Source of the DNA: the human T2T-CHM13v2.0 reference genome, Homo sapiens
Length of the DNA: 64,000 nt
Assembly: GCF_009914755.1 (NCBI RefSeq)
Contig: NC_060926.1
Direction: 5' to 3' (one strand)
A model generated the notes under the pieces. It did no database searches, was not told the DNA's origin, and worked only from the letters and a program-made list of their open reading frames with translations. Positions 1 to 13,768 of the stretch are shown piece by piece (positions within the stretch are counted from its first letter, which is position 1; every line of letters starts with the position of its first letter). The translations under genes were made by a program, and so were the position numbers.

Positions 1-156
1 AACCCACATGAAGGAGGGCCATCTGCTTCATTCAGTCTACCAATTCAAATGTTAATCTCATCCAAAATGCCCTCACAGACACACCCAGAATAGTTTGACC
101 AAATATCTGAGCACCCATGGCCCAGTGAAGTTGACAGATAAAATTAATAATTTCAC
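1..156 (-). mobile_element. MLT2-family LTR (5' part, cut by window edge)
   Basis: ccctcacagacacacccagaa...ggcccagtgaagttgacagataaaattaa is the reverse complement of the MLT2 start. Confidence 0.8.
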
Positions 157-159
157 TAC

Positions 160-870
<711 letters not shown>

Positions 871-1249
871 CCATGATTTAAATATTTTCAATTACATATA
901 TCTTAATGGCCATGTTTCCGTTGGTAACTTTCAGCCCAGCCACGTGCACCACTCCATTCCTGGATGCACTTGCTCCCAGAGCATCTCTGAATGCATACCT
1001 CCTCTCTGCTCTCCATTTCCAGACAGCTAAGTTCTATTGACATTCAGTGTCTCAGGAACCTTCTCCTCCACCACCTCTGCCACCACCTTAGTTCATGCCC
1101 TAATTCTTTTTCTCTGCTTTTGCTGGATTCTATCCGTGCAATGCTCAAATGCTTCCTTCATTCAGCGTCCACAGTGATCAGCCTAAGGCACTATCGCCCG
1201 AAAGCTCCAACATGTTCTCATCACCAAGTGGGACTGCTTCATAAGACAG

Positions 1250-1660
1250 AAAGCCCTTTGTAACCATGCTTCTGCTGGCCTCAGCTCCTGCCACGTATTC
1301 CTACAGCCTTGCACTTCATCTAGAACCATTCTGAACTCTGTAATTTTCCTCTCATGGTGGCTTTTTTCTCCTTGGCACTTTTGCAAGTTCTGTTCCTTCT
1401 GCCTGGAATGCTCTTGTCATCCTCATTTCCCACACCTCTATCTTGTCTGCCTCACTAAATTCTATGCTTATCATCAACCTCCTTGTGAGTCTATCTCAGC
1501 TACCCCAAAGAGAGAATTAGGTATGTTTTTCCCAGTAATACCTCCCAATCTATGCATAATTTTATCACTGCAGAGGACAAAATATATTGCATCCATTTGT
1601 TTACATGTCTTTGTCTCCAACAAGATATAAACTCTCAGAGAACAGTGACTATACCTATCC
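1250..1660 (+). mobile_element. L2 3' fragment
   Basis: tgttccttctgcctggaatgctctt and tttgtttacatgtctttgtctcc are L2 3' motifs. Confidence 0.65.
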
Positions 1661-1879
1661 AACAGAATTCATTGTATGCTGACATGCAGCATACAGCTAT
1701 TATATTACACATAGCAATAGATATGATCTTCTGTAGATCTTCAAAATAATTCTAGCAAATTCGACATGAACATATTCTGTGACATTTGGTTAAAAAGTGA
1801 ATATTTAAATATAACAACTTTTTCTTGTTTTCTACTTCCAAATAGTTATCTTTTACAGATTTTTTCCTCATTATAATAT

Positions 1880-2419
1880 TGTGATATGAGAAATATATAG
1901 TTGGTCTTTGTCCCTGGTTTCTTGTAATTTCCTGTGATGGGGGTGAAAAGAGCATCTTTTGTTATTCACAATAAGACCTGATTTTAAACAGATCTGAGTT
2001 TATGCTAATGAGGTGACTCTTCGTGGGCCCCAAGATAGCTTCAGGATGGGAGCTGCTTGCCAGAGAAACCAACCACATGATTAGACAATTGGTCCTTTCA
2101 GTCCCACTTACCTGGAACCTCCAGAGAGGAGTAAGGGGAGAAGAACTGGAGGTTGAGTTAATCACTGATGGGCAATTATTTAATCAGTAATGCCTATGTA
2201 ATAGAACCTCCATAAAACCCCTGAGCAACCAGGTTTGGGGAGCTTCAGGATTAGTGAACATATCAAAGTACCCAGAGGGTGGTGCACCCAGGGAGGTCAT
2301 GAAAGCTCTGCACCTCACAACTCACTGCCTTGCCATATGCATGTCTTCTGCCTGGCTGTTTTGCATTGTATCTTTTATTAAAAAACCAGTAGTAGTTAAA
2401 AAAACAAAAACAAAAACAA

Positions 2420-2461
<42 letters not shown>

Positions 2462-2745
2462 TTTTCCTGAGTTCTGTGAGCCATTCTAGCAAATTATTGA
2501 ATCTGAGGAGACAGTCATAGAAATTCCAATTTATAGCTGGTCAGTCAGAAGTACAGTTGGTCCAAACTTGTGATTGGCATCTCAACTGGGGGAAGTCTTG
2601 TGGGACTGAGCCCTTAACCTGTGGGGGGCCTGTGCTAACTCTAGGTAGTGTCTGAATTGAATTGAATCATTGCATAACCAGTTAGTTCCCAGAGAGTTGG
2701 AGAATTGGTTGGTATGAGGAGAAATCCCACATATTTTGTGAGAAA
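1880..2745 (+). mobile_element. MER21-family LTR
   Basis: Starts tgtgatatgagaaatatatagttggtctttgtccc; contains tatgctaatgaggtgactc, agaaaccaaccacatgattaga and gtgggactgagcccttaacctgtgggg. Confidence 0.85.
2421..2459. repeat. (CA)n microsatellite
   Basis: About 19 CA units inside the MER21 LTR. Confidence 0.95.
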
Positions 2746-3339
2746 GCACGGATCATAACAGTTCCCACTGAGTAAATTATTTATTTGACTAGAGATGCTA
2801 ATTTCAGCTAGCTGATTTAGTTAATTCAATGAAGAAAAAAAAAATCCAGTGAACTTGTGGTTTCCAGTGAATGACTTGTCAGTCTATTCCAAATAGTTTT
2901 ACATATAGATGTCCACAGGCCAACTAAATCTACCTTACCAACCCAATCTTGGAAATCTCAGTTCTTTTACTACTGTCCTGTGACTACAATAAAAAAACTT
3001 TGAGTTTTAATTTGCCCACACTCAAAAAGTAACATAAACCAAGTCCAAGATTAAACAGCCTCATGCTTGAAATCTCAGCTTACTTTTTCTACTAATCACC
3101 AATGAGCAATTATTTAATCAATAATGCCTATGTAGACAACTCTTTGACTTAATCTCTGCCTTTTCTAGTCCCTTCCTGCTTTATTCAACTTCTTTGTACT
3201 TAATATTTTGTCTTTTGGTTTGTTTGTTTGTTTTAGTAAGATGTCTTTATCTGGACTCTGGTTCTAGTCTTATTTTGCTAGCCTACTCTGGCTACACCCA
3301 GTTGCCACATAACAGAGGAAACAAGAATAGTGTAGAGCA

Positions 3340-3644
3340 GGCTGGGTGCGGTGGCTCACACCTTTAATTCAGCACTTTGGGAGGCTGAAGTGGGCAGATC
3401 ATGAGGTCAAGAGATCTAGACCATCCTGGCCAACATGGTGAAACCTCATCTGTACTAAAAATGCAAAAAATTAGCTGGGTGTGGTGGCGGGCTCCTGTAG
3501 TCCCAGCTACTTGGGAGTCTGAGGCAGAAGAATCACTTGAACCCAGGAGGCGGAGCTTGTAGTGAGCCCAGATTGGGTGCCACTGCACTCCAGCCTGGCG
3601 ACAGCGAGACTCTGTCTCAAAAATAAATAAATAAATAAAATAAA
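3340..3644 (+). mobile_element. AluSc-like
   Basis: gatcatgaggtcaagagatc; TSD AATAGTGTAGAGCA at 3326-3339 and 3645-3658. Confidence 0.9.
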
Positions 3645-3879
3645 AATAGTGTAGAGCAAGGGGAGGATTGTTGGGGAAATTGTTTTCTCCAGAAATATTC
3701 ATTGATCAGTTGGTAGTGGTGTTCTATAATATGCTGAAAAGGATTCTGAAACTATGCTCCGTGGAAATTATTGATTAGTAATGTTCAAAATGGGTGCAGG
3801 GAGAGGAAGATGGGGAGAAGTTATTTTTAATATAATGGAAAGAATTCAGGGCACCATAAAGAGACAGACAGGTATTAGC

Positions 3880-4040
3880 CTGCATTTATAAAATCTTGTT
3901 GTATGACCTAAACAAGTTCTTTCTCCTCTGTAAGACATTGTTTCTTCATGGAACTTTTAATTAAAGTATTGTTATTTAGATTAAATGTACAGTATGGAAA
4001 GTGTTTTTCAGAGAACACATAATAGGTGTTCAATAAATGA
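3880..4040 (+). mobile_element. MIR
   Basis: gtatgacctaaacaagtt...gattaaatg...ataggtgttcaataaatg. Confidence 0.55.
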
Positions 4041-4149
4041 AGGGAAGATGCTGACAATCATGATGGCAGACTCCTTTCAAAACTAGTCTGCATCTTTTAC
4101 TCTCTTTCCAGGATTATCTACTCAGGTCAAATGAACATTTCCGTTAAGT

Positions 4150-4235
4150 TTTAAAGTGTTGACAACATAAAAGGTGATCATTTTCTCAGTGAGGCAATCG
4201 CCTTCACTGGATGCCTCTTTTTCATTGTTTTTATT

Positions 4236-4266
<31 letters not shown>

Positions 4267-4590
4267 TTTCTTTCACTGGATACTTCTTGATGGCTGTCTA
4301 AGGCTACCTCATCTTCTGAAAAGTATTCCTTGGTTATATTTGGGTCTCTTGAACATTTCCCTGATGGTAAGCACCAGTTCCATTTTGAAACCTCTCATTA
4401 ACCCCTGTTTTCCCTCCAGTGATATTTCATGTGGACTTCTGTTCCATTCCGAGTGCGGTCTTAAGAAGATTTCTCCTTTGGGCATTCTGACTTGCCCTAT
4501 TGTAGACTTCTATTCAGAAAACTGACTCCACATCCACACTAGAGCCCTGGCTTCTCTCTCTACCTCCTGCTGGCTCTAAACTTCTGTTTC
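4150..4590 (+). mobile_element. Degenerate L2 fragment
   Basis: Pyrimidine-rich segment resembling L2 ORF2 (tgactccacatccacactagagccctggcttctctc). Confidence 0.4.
4203..4288 (-). mobile_element. Poly(A)-only retroinsertion with TSD
   Basis: (TTTTA)n tract between TTCACTGGATGCCTCTT (4203-4219) and TTCACTGGATACTTCTT (4272-4288). Confidence 0.6.
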
Positions 4591-5909
4591 ATTGTTCTCC
4601 AGCCTAAGTTTTGGGAGGGAATCCAATAATGATGACCTAGATCTTAAACTTATTTAAAAAAATTAACTTCCCAGTACAAAGTATCATGATCATCTTCCAC
4701 TTGGCGCCAATATATAGCCCCAGAAGTTAAGATTGCACTTGGTTCAGATTATGTAGCCTTGAAGAATTAAGGTGAACCACAGATGAGCCATGGGTGGCTT
4801 TATAACACACAAAAAGGGGCAAGATATTTCTGTGAGCTTGACTCACATCCGAGATGTTTTTCCCAGTATTTGGGGATGGTGTTAAATGAATGTCACCTGG
4901 GTCTTTTTATCTTCCCTCACTTCTAAATCTATTTCTCACCCTTCTCATTCAAAAATGAAAGTCCTGAGGGCCTGTCATGATAACAGATGTTTCATTCCTT
5001 TACATTTTAAAATTAACATAGCACTTGAGTCATAGCCTCTGAGGGCTTTGGGAAAGAAACATGAGCTTAATACCCATGAAAATAATAAAATTAGATGAAA
5101 AGTTAAAAAAAAACACAACAAATTCATCTGGTGCTGTAAAAACAAAAACAATTACCACCCCCAGCCAGACCTGTCTGAGAAAAGTAGCAGACAGTGTTTT
5201 GCGGGTTAAATGGTTGCTCTCTATGGTATTACATCCATAAAGTCAGAGGAAATAGTAATATTTGGGTAGAAAGATTAACTGAACTGAGTGTAGGTAAACC
5301 TAGAGTTTAGGTGTAATCTATTTATTTCCAAGATGAGCTTCATTTGGCCATTATTATGTTTTCCAAAGTGTATGCCATGAAGAACTATCCTTTTTGATAT
5401 TTCCTTTTTTAAAAAAAGGAGTCCTGAAGACATTGTTGAGAAATAATATATACTGTAACTCTTAGCTTAGAGAGACATGATTCCTAAAAACATACTTGAA
5501 AGAGACCTGATTTGTTTAACTCAGTGTTGTTTGCAAAATATTTTCGACAATGTGATATTTTTATTTAGTTGTGTTTGATTTATTACCAGACATCTATTAT
5601 TTCTAAGGTTTATTTCCCAGCCATTTCATCTTATTTAATTATAGTCCAATAACATAAATATACTTATCATTTTTTAAAAGCAAAATCACTGTAAATTTAG
5701 CTGAATTTTGTTTATTACTCATTGTATTCAGTATTCTTATTTTTGCTTTACCTAAATGTACCCATTTACAAGGTAATCCATGCGTCAACTATTCCAGGAT
5801 TTCATAAACATAAACTTGCTTACTTCATTCATGACATTTATTATTATGATGATGCTTAGATAAAAAAGCCTTTGCCAATTTCATGTTCATCATTACCACT
5901 GATGTTCTC

Positions 5910-6140
5910 ACAGCTACCACTTATTAACCACCCACTATGTGTCAGGGAGCATGCTAAGTGTATTTTGTGCATTTCCCATCAAATACTCACAACCACTATG
6001 GCAGGTATGCATTATAATTCCCATTTAATGTGAAAAACCTTATATAGCTTGCTTAAGTAGGTGGTAAGTGGCAGAGCTGAGAATGTACTTATGTCTCCCT
6101 CTGGCTTCAAAGCCTAAAATGTTCTTTTAACTACACTGTT
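5910..6140 (-). mobile_element. MIR
   Basis: cttattaaccacccactatgtgtcagg...attataattcccattt...gtaagtggcagagctgaga. Confidence 0.75.
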
Positions 6141-6757
6141 GTTCATGCATGTGACTTAAAGATTTTAGGGTGTTTCCATATGGAAGCAAGAAAGCCTATA
6201 GTTCACACAACAAAGGAGGTAAGATATCTTTAAAACAAACAAAGCAGAAAAGCTTCATATCAGCATCTCAAGAGGTTCCTCTTCAGCCCAACACACTGAG
6301 ACACAAGGACTTGTGCGTTTTTGTGTGTCTTTTGATTTTATTCCAGAGACCTGGTCTAACATTCAGTCCATTCCTAATAAACTTGTTTATTACACCAAGT
6401 TTTGGCTCTGAAATTTACTTTTGTGTTCTGGCATCTTTATTTCCATGCTCAGCTCTGATTTGATGGTTCTTATATTTGGCCTGTCTTCTGGCATCAGCTT
6501 TCCATTCTCCACAAATAGATCCTTCAGTTTCATCTTTGATTTTATTGGACGGTCTCCGTGGTTTTCCTTTTGAACCCAGATCCAGCTTTGCCACCTAAAC
6601 TATTCCCTTCCCCTCCTTGCCTTAGGGGGATTATCCAGCGTGGGCTGATCCTGCCAATACCTGATCTCCAGTGCTGGATGGGCTTAACTCTGTGCATCCG
6701 AACTGGACTAATCTTGGTACTGAGAAGAACCTCCAAACCCCCTTGCCCATTTTTCAG

Positions 6758-6855
6758 GCTCTTCTTTCCATAGTCTCCAGCTGCATTATGCTTTTATTGA
6801 GTTGTGGAAACCACATGTACAGTCCCACTGCAGGAACACCATGGTTAAAAGGCAG
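6758..6855 (+). other. Candidate non-coding exon
   Basis: Acceptor cccttgcccatttttcag (alternative AGs end at 6773 and 6780); donor CAG|GTAAGG; motifs only. Confidence 0.2.
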
Positions 6856-7299
6856 GTAAGGTGGGGAGGTTTTCTCTTTTTTCTAACAATATTCCACTGC
6901 TTTGTTTACCACTTGAGTTATTGTAACAAATTCAGCTAATTTTTATCAAGAAAATTATTCTCCAATAAGTTCTCTAAATATTTACCTATCAGGTTATAAA
7001 TCAAAATACAATTATCTTTCTGGCTTCCTTTGAGACCTTGAACTAGTAATGAAAATATATGGGCCCCATTTTTCCTCATCTATGAAATTAGAGGAAGGCC
7101 ACATTAGTTGTCTTCAAGGGGGTTCCAAAAGTCCTCATGTTCTGCAGCAGTGCCTATGGGAGATATTAAGCAGGGGAAAAGGTATTATGGAGCAAACACA
7201 GGCAAAAAAGGTCTGCTTTAATCTGTCTTACAAGTTAGGTTTCTGGACAGCATTTTACTTAGGAAAAAGAATAAAGATTAAAAAATAAGCCTGAACAGA

Positions 7300-8072
7300 C
7301 TAAACCTAGCATTGCATTTCCTGGCTTTCCCCCTTCATGGGAAACTGCCTCTTCCTCTCCTGGCCTTTAAGTTGTAGCTCAAATGTCACCTACTTGGAGA
7401 AGCTGAACTTTGTTCCCTCAGGCTCCGTTTTCTGTGTTCCCAGAGCTCTTGATAATTGTTCCTGAAAACACTTGTCAGGTGATATTGCAAGGTAAATGGC
7501 TCTGTCTCCCCCTAGTAGGGCAGCAACTTATGCAGGTTTTTTGCTCCTTAGTTCAGCTAAATCTGGGTTCTTGTCTCATGACCAGAAAATATTAGGCACA
7601 TGGACACATTGAAAGGTAAGGAAGGCAGAATTTATTAAGCGAAAGGAAAGCTCTCCACAAAATCAAGGGTCTTGCACGCAGGTTTCCACCTCACAAACTG
7701 AATACCAGACCACCACACAGAGGCGAGGCTCCTCCTCAGCATAAGGTGTGAATTCCTGGTGGCTCCATCCCATCCTTCCAGTGCGCCATGTGGGCCCTTA
7801 GTCTAAACCATTCCACATTGATTTATTTTCCTTACTGTACACGTGTTAAGGAATGGAATTTTTCACTGTGGCCATGTTTAAACAAGCCTCCCGTGCACAA
7901 TGACCTGGATGGGTCAGAGGTTCTCCAGGGACCCTTCCTTATCTGCCTAGGCATTTTGGTGTCTCCTGCCTCTATCACAACCATGTGCTATGTGTCTTAC
8001 CGTACCCAGTGCCCAACACAGTGCTGTGGGCATAGTAGGTGCTCAATAAATTTTTACATAAAGAATGAATGA
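7300..8072 (+). mobile_element. L2 3' end, interrupted by an LTR
   Basis: ctcaaatgtcacctac...ctctgtctcccccta, then after the LTR catagtaggtgctcaataaa...gaatgaatga. Confidence 0.8.
7528..7977 (-). mobile_element. ERV1 solo LTR (MER4 group; subfamily not assigned)
   Basis: Minus strand begins TGATAGAGGCAGGAG and ends ...TTTAGCTGAACTAAGGAGCAAAA; 4-bp TSD CAAC at 7524-7527 and 7978-7981. Confidence 0.85.
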
Positions 8073-8973
8073 CTCACCCAATACATAAAGTTTCCATTAT
8101 TTACCCCAAATCTAACACACTGCCTTATACTTTCTGAAACTGAAGCTCAGTTACTATTTTTCAGCTTACTCCCACAGTCTCTCAAGATGTTCCTGCAATT
8201 TATTCATGTCACCCTGGCATTTCACTATCAGGAAAAACCAGTGTCATCAGCAAATTTGAAGATGTCACTGTGCACTCCATCTTCTAGATCACATCTAAAA
8301 ATGTTCCCTGAAAATAATCCTCAAAGGACTTCTCAGTTTACGCTTCCTGTATCTAGACCTGTTTATTCTTACTCATGGCTTCATGGATAGAAATTCAGTC
8401 CATAGGGATGTATGACAATATTTTTTTTCCAAGTCTGACGATCAATTAATTTTAAAAACAGCTGTTTGGACTTGATTAAAAGTTTTTGAAGGTCAAATAA
8501 TTTGCGTTCTCTCTGCTCCAAAACATGAAGAGTAGTGGATACATTTAAAGCTTTACTATTAGGTATCTACCTAGATGTTTCTGAATGGAGTCAAAAACAC
8601 CAGGTTATTTTGAGAGGTAATGAAGTGATGAATAATCTTAGGTGGTTATGGATATGATCTTCCTGGAGGTGTTATCTGGCTGTATGATCACATACCAAAC
8701 TACCCATTCCCCCACTTAGATGTGTATTCAAAACAAAATGTAAAATTGTATATAGCTCTGTGTATATCTTTAATAGCTATTTTTATCTCTCAATTTACTG
8801 ATAATTTTTACATTATAATCTTATTGTGCGACCTAAGATATCAGCTTGAATTAGAATTCATCACATTTTTCATCTAACCCCAACACACACACACATGCAC
8901 ACACATACACAGCACATAATGATGATAATTTGGGCTTCAGTCACCACACCTGTTTTCTATTAAGAAAAATTAA

Positions 8974-9342
<369 letters not shown>

Positions 9343-12004
9343 TTATTATTTAACCTATAGCCAGTATAGATTGTCAAATGTCAAAATACGAAATGAGAAG
9401 CAAAAATGCCCCTCATCTGGAACCATAGAATATAGTTTCTTGCTTAAGATTTTTTATTTTTTTAAATTGCCATTGCAATTTGAATAAAGACCTCGGACTT
9501 TCCAAAACATAATAATTTTCAAATTGTATTGATTGTCTCTGGAATACTTTCTTTATTCATTTAGCTTTTATTTTAGGTATTTATCCTAGTGCTCATTATT
9601 GTTGATTTACCTGGGTGAAATTGAATTTACTTTTGATGACCTCAATTTAAATCCCCTCAATAGCAACTTCATTGTTTATTTGGGGAAGCATATAATACTA
9701 TATGCACATCTGTTTCTTTTCTAATGTTTTCAAAACTGCCATTAAGACAAGTTACAGCTAAATTTTTAATGTGCTTTTCATGGACACAGCTTGCTAACTT
9801 CAAGAGGAAACATTTCAAATAATTTTCAGGAGTATCAATTCAAATTCTCTTTTCACTGTCAACCCGTTGATTCTCTCATATGTAAAAAGAGATTGCATAG
9901 GGGGATGTGTAATTTATAAATTCCAAGGTCCCTTAATTAAGATGTTTTAGCCTTGATTGTAGTCCTTACTCTATAAGTAACTATAGAAATTTGGATAAGT
10001 CCTTTTAACTTTTTTGCCCTTAATCTCTTTATCTAAAACAGTAGTCTTTGTCTGTTTTGATACATGAAAACATTCCAGGAGCCACTTGAGTGTGGATAGT
10101 TTTAAGCAAACCAATGTCTGATTCTTAGCTTCCATATATGTTGGTTTCTGAGGTTGATCTGCCTGGGAAGGGATCTGCTGTCAAGTCATTATGCGAATTT
10201 TCTTTCCATTTCCACTTCTACAATTACTCTTTTCCCATTTTGAAAGAAAAAGTAGAGATCTCACCAATCCCCAATCTTGGTCTGCTTCATTGCCCTAAGG
10301 ATTAAAAATATATCTGAACTCACCAAAGTTTCAACATGAAATACTTCTCTACAGTACCACCAACCAAAAACAGACTTCCTATCTTCCATCCTTTCTCATT
10401 TTAAATATTTCATTCAGAGGCAAACATGGCATTAGAAACATTAGCCTATGTTGGCATATTTTGAATTCAGGTATAATTAGAGTAGGGCTTGGGGTAGGGT
10501 GCGTAGATGTTGGGAATGATGATGCTCTTCTTTTAACTACCTCACCTCCTCCCTTATCTATTGTCAAATAATGCATCACACCTGAAGGAGGATCTCAGGC
10601 GAACAAAGCACAGGATGCTCAGGTAAGCAGCACTAAAGGGAGCAGCACTGTGCTTTATCCAAGAAGAGTCCACAATTCATTTATCCATCTATCAATCTAG
10701 CTAGCCATCTAGCTATTGATCTATTGATCTATCCATCCATATTTAGAATTGGAATATTCAGATTTGTAAGTAGCATAGTTAAAAATTACCAATCTGCTAC
10801 AAAATGAGAAATGAGTACTCTCTTCATTTTTCTCATTCTTAACAATACAAATCAGTTTAGTGAACATTTCTGCCCATATAATTTATCTATGACTTAATTT
10901 GGCATTATTTCAGGGAAGAGGTTAAAAGTTTGTTTAACTATACTAGATGAACGTTATATCTTTGAATAAAAGGAACCTATATCAAAGTAAATGATTTGTA
11001 TTTTCCTGAATAAATACTCAGACTTGGAGAAGAATTTTTTACAGTTCCCCCCCGCCACCTCCCGCAAAATAATTGAATATTACATATCCATGTTTTGTTT
11101 GAACTTAGGGACTTCTGTTTTCTCTCCTGCACCACCCACTTTTCTGTTCATGCATTCATCTCCACCATGTACTTATTTGGTTTAGATTAAATTAACGGAG
11201 TCACATTGTGAATTCCACGCTAAAAAATGCACTCAACCAACACCATTCTTGCTTCATTTACAAGCTTGCACTCACTAGTGGCCAAATACTATCCTTTTCT
11301 TTTGGCTTGTAATTTCCACAAAATAAATAACCTGTACTCTTTAAAGCAGAATGTCTTCCTCTGTATAGGTTAAGAACAAACGTTCTCCAATATTGTTCTT
11401 TGACTTTTTTTAAGGTACTAAAAAAAAAACTGTGAGAACCAAAATTCATCACAAGACATACATCTTCACAGCGAATGCAAAAAATCTCAAAATTAACAAC
11501 ATTCAATCTATGAGGTGGATTTATATCAATTTCACTGAATTTTAGCCACACAAATAAAATGTCTTTCCATAAAAAAAGCAAGTTTAATTAATTGTCACTT
11601 GCGTGTCCTGTAAAGCTTTTTTCTTTGTTACAATGCCCAGAATTTAAAGAATTTGATAAATTTAATGAATGGGTAACAAAACCTTTTGAAAACTGTTGGT
11701 AATTAGCTTCTGGTTATTTACATTTAACAAAATTAAAGAACGTAAGACCTAATATATCATTAAAAATTATTGATTATAAGTATCATTTTGGGTATGTAAC
11801 TCAAGATGACTTTAAATAATTTAAATATATTGATATAATAAAACTTCAATTCTATATTTATTTGTATAAAATTTTTATTTATTTATTTGTATAGAAGCTC
11901 ACCTACATCCATTAAAACGAAAAATAGGAATAACACCAATATTGAATTCCGTTCAACTCTGGCAATAAGTAATATTTATTGATGAATAGATTAATTAAAA
12001 ATAA

Positions 12005-12360
<356 letters not shown>

Positions 12361-12612
12361 TAAATAATTATTTATAAAATCATAAATATACTTGTTATTT
12401 TGTTCAAGTATGTATCTGTTACAATTGTTATGGTAATTCAATCCAAATTTTAGACACTTAATCCAAAACACCCAGGAAATTGTCTTAAATTGTAATAACT
12501 CTAAATTTTCTTAATCTCAGAGAATTATAATAATCAATAAACAACTTTCAAGTATAAAATATAGTGCATTCATATAAAATTATGTAAGGAAAGTTGATTA
12601 AAAATATAAATT

Positions 12613-13150
12613 GACACAATAGCAAAGGCTTCGAACCAACCCAAATGCCCATCAATGATATACTGGATAAAGAAAATGTGGCACATACACACCATGGAAT
12701 ACTATGCAGCCATTAAAAAGAATGACTTCATGTCCTTTGCAGGGACATGGATAAAGCTGGAAACCATCATTCTCAGCAGACTAACTAACACAGGAACAGA
12801 AAACCAAACACCGCATGTTCTCACTCATAAGTGGGAGTTGAACAATTAGAATATATGGGCACAGGGAGGGGAACATCACACACAGGGGCCTGTCAGGGGG
12901 TGGGAGTTAGGGGAGGGATAGCATTAGGAGAAATACCTAATGTAGATGACGGGTTGTTGGGTGCAGCAAACCACCATGGCACATGTATACCTATGTAACA
13001 AACCTGCACATTCTGCACTTTCTGCACATGTATCCCAGAACTTAAAGTATAATAAATATATATACATACATATATATACATATATATTTATATGTATACA
13101 CACATATATATACATATATATTTATATGTATACACATATATTTATATGTA
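12613..13150 (+). mobile_element. L1PA 3' end (L1PA7-like) with (TA)-rich tail
   Basis: ORF2 C-terminus (WIKKMWHIHTMEYYAAIKK) and 3' UTR gggatagcattaggagaaatacctaatgtagatgacggg; TA-rich from ~13058. Confidence 0.9.
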
Positions 13151-13243
13151 TTTCTTCTGTTATAAGAGAGTTTCTCTGTTTCAACAGATGATTTGGATAT
13201 CAAATCACTATTGTATTTACACACTTTTAAAATAAGAGTCTTA

Positions 13244-13768
13244 CTTGCATGTTTAGGTTCATTGCAGTAGTATTCACAATAGCAAAGACATGGAATCAAA
13301 CCAGGTGCCCATAAATGGTGGATTAGATAAAGAAAATGTGATACATATGTACCATGGAATACTACACAGCCACAGGAAAGAATGTAATCATGTCCATTAC
13401 AGCAACATAGATGCACCCGAAGGCCAATATCTTAAGCAAACTAATGAAGAAACAGAAAGCCAAGCATTGCATGTTCTCAGTTATAAGTGGAAGCTAAACA
13501 CTGGGTATACATGGACACAAAGATGGGAACAATACACACTAAACAACACAAGATGGGGGCGTGAGGGGAGGAGGCAAAGGTTGAAAAACTACCCAGTAGG
13601 TACTATACTCACTACCTGGATGACTAGTGCAATCCTATTCCAAACCTCAGAATCATGCAATCTACCTTTGTAACAAACCTGCACACCCTCTGACCCTAAA
13701 ATATAAGCTGAAAAAGAAAAATTTAAACTGGGGCTTCATTAAATACATAAGCAAATAAAGTAAAAATA
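13244..13768 (+). mobile_element. L1PA15/16-like 3' end with apparent 3' transduction
   Basis: ggttgaaaaactaccc...aacctcagaatcatgcaa; TSD AAAATAAGAGTCTTA at 13229-13243 and 13769-13783. Confidence 0.85.

Noticed and set aside
10616-10630. Strong isolated donor CAG|GTAAGC (similar ones near 47828 and 55843)
   Set aside because: Partner acceptors are weak or give very short exons; expected by chance in 64 kb.
11258-11581. 107-aa minus-strand ORF in unique sequence
   Set aside because: Non-ATG start, no family I recognise, no convincing splice boundaries.
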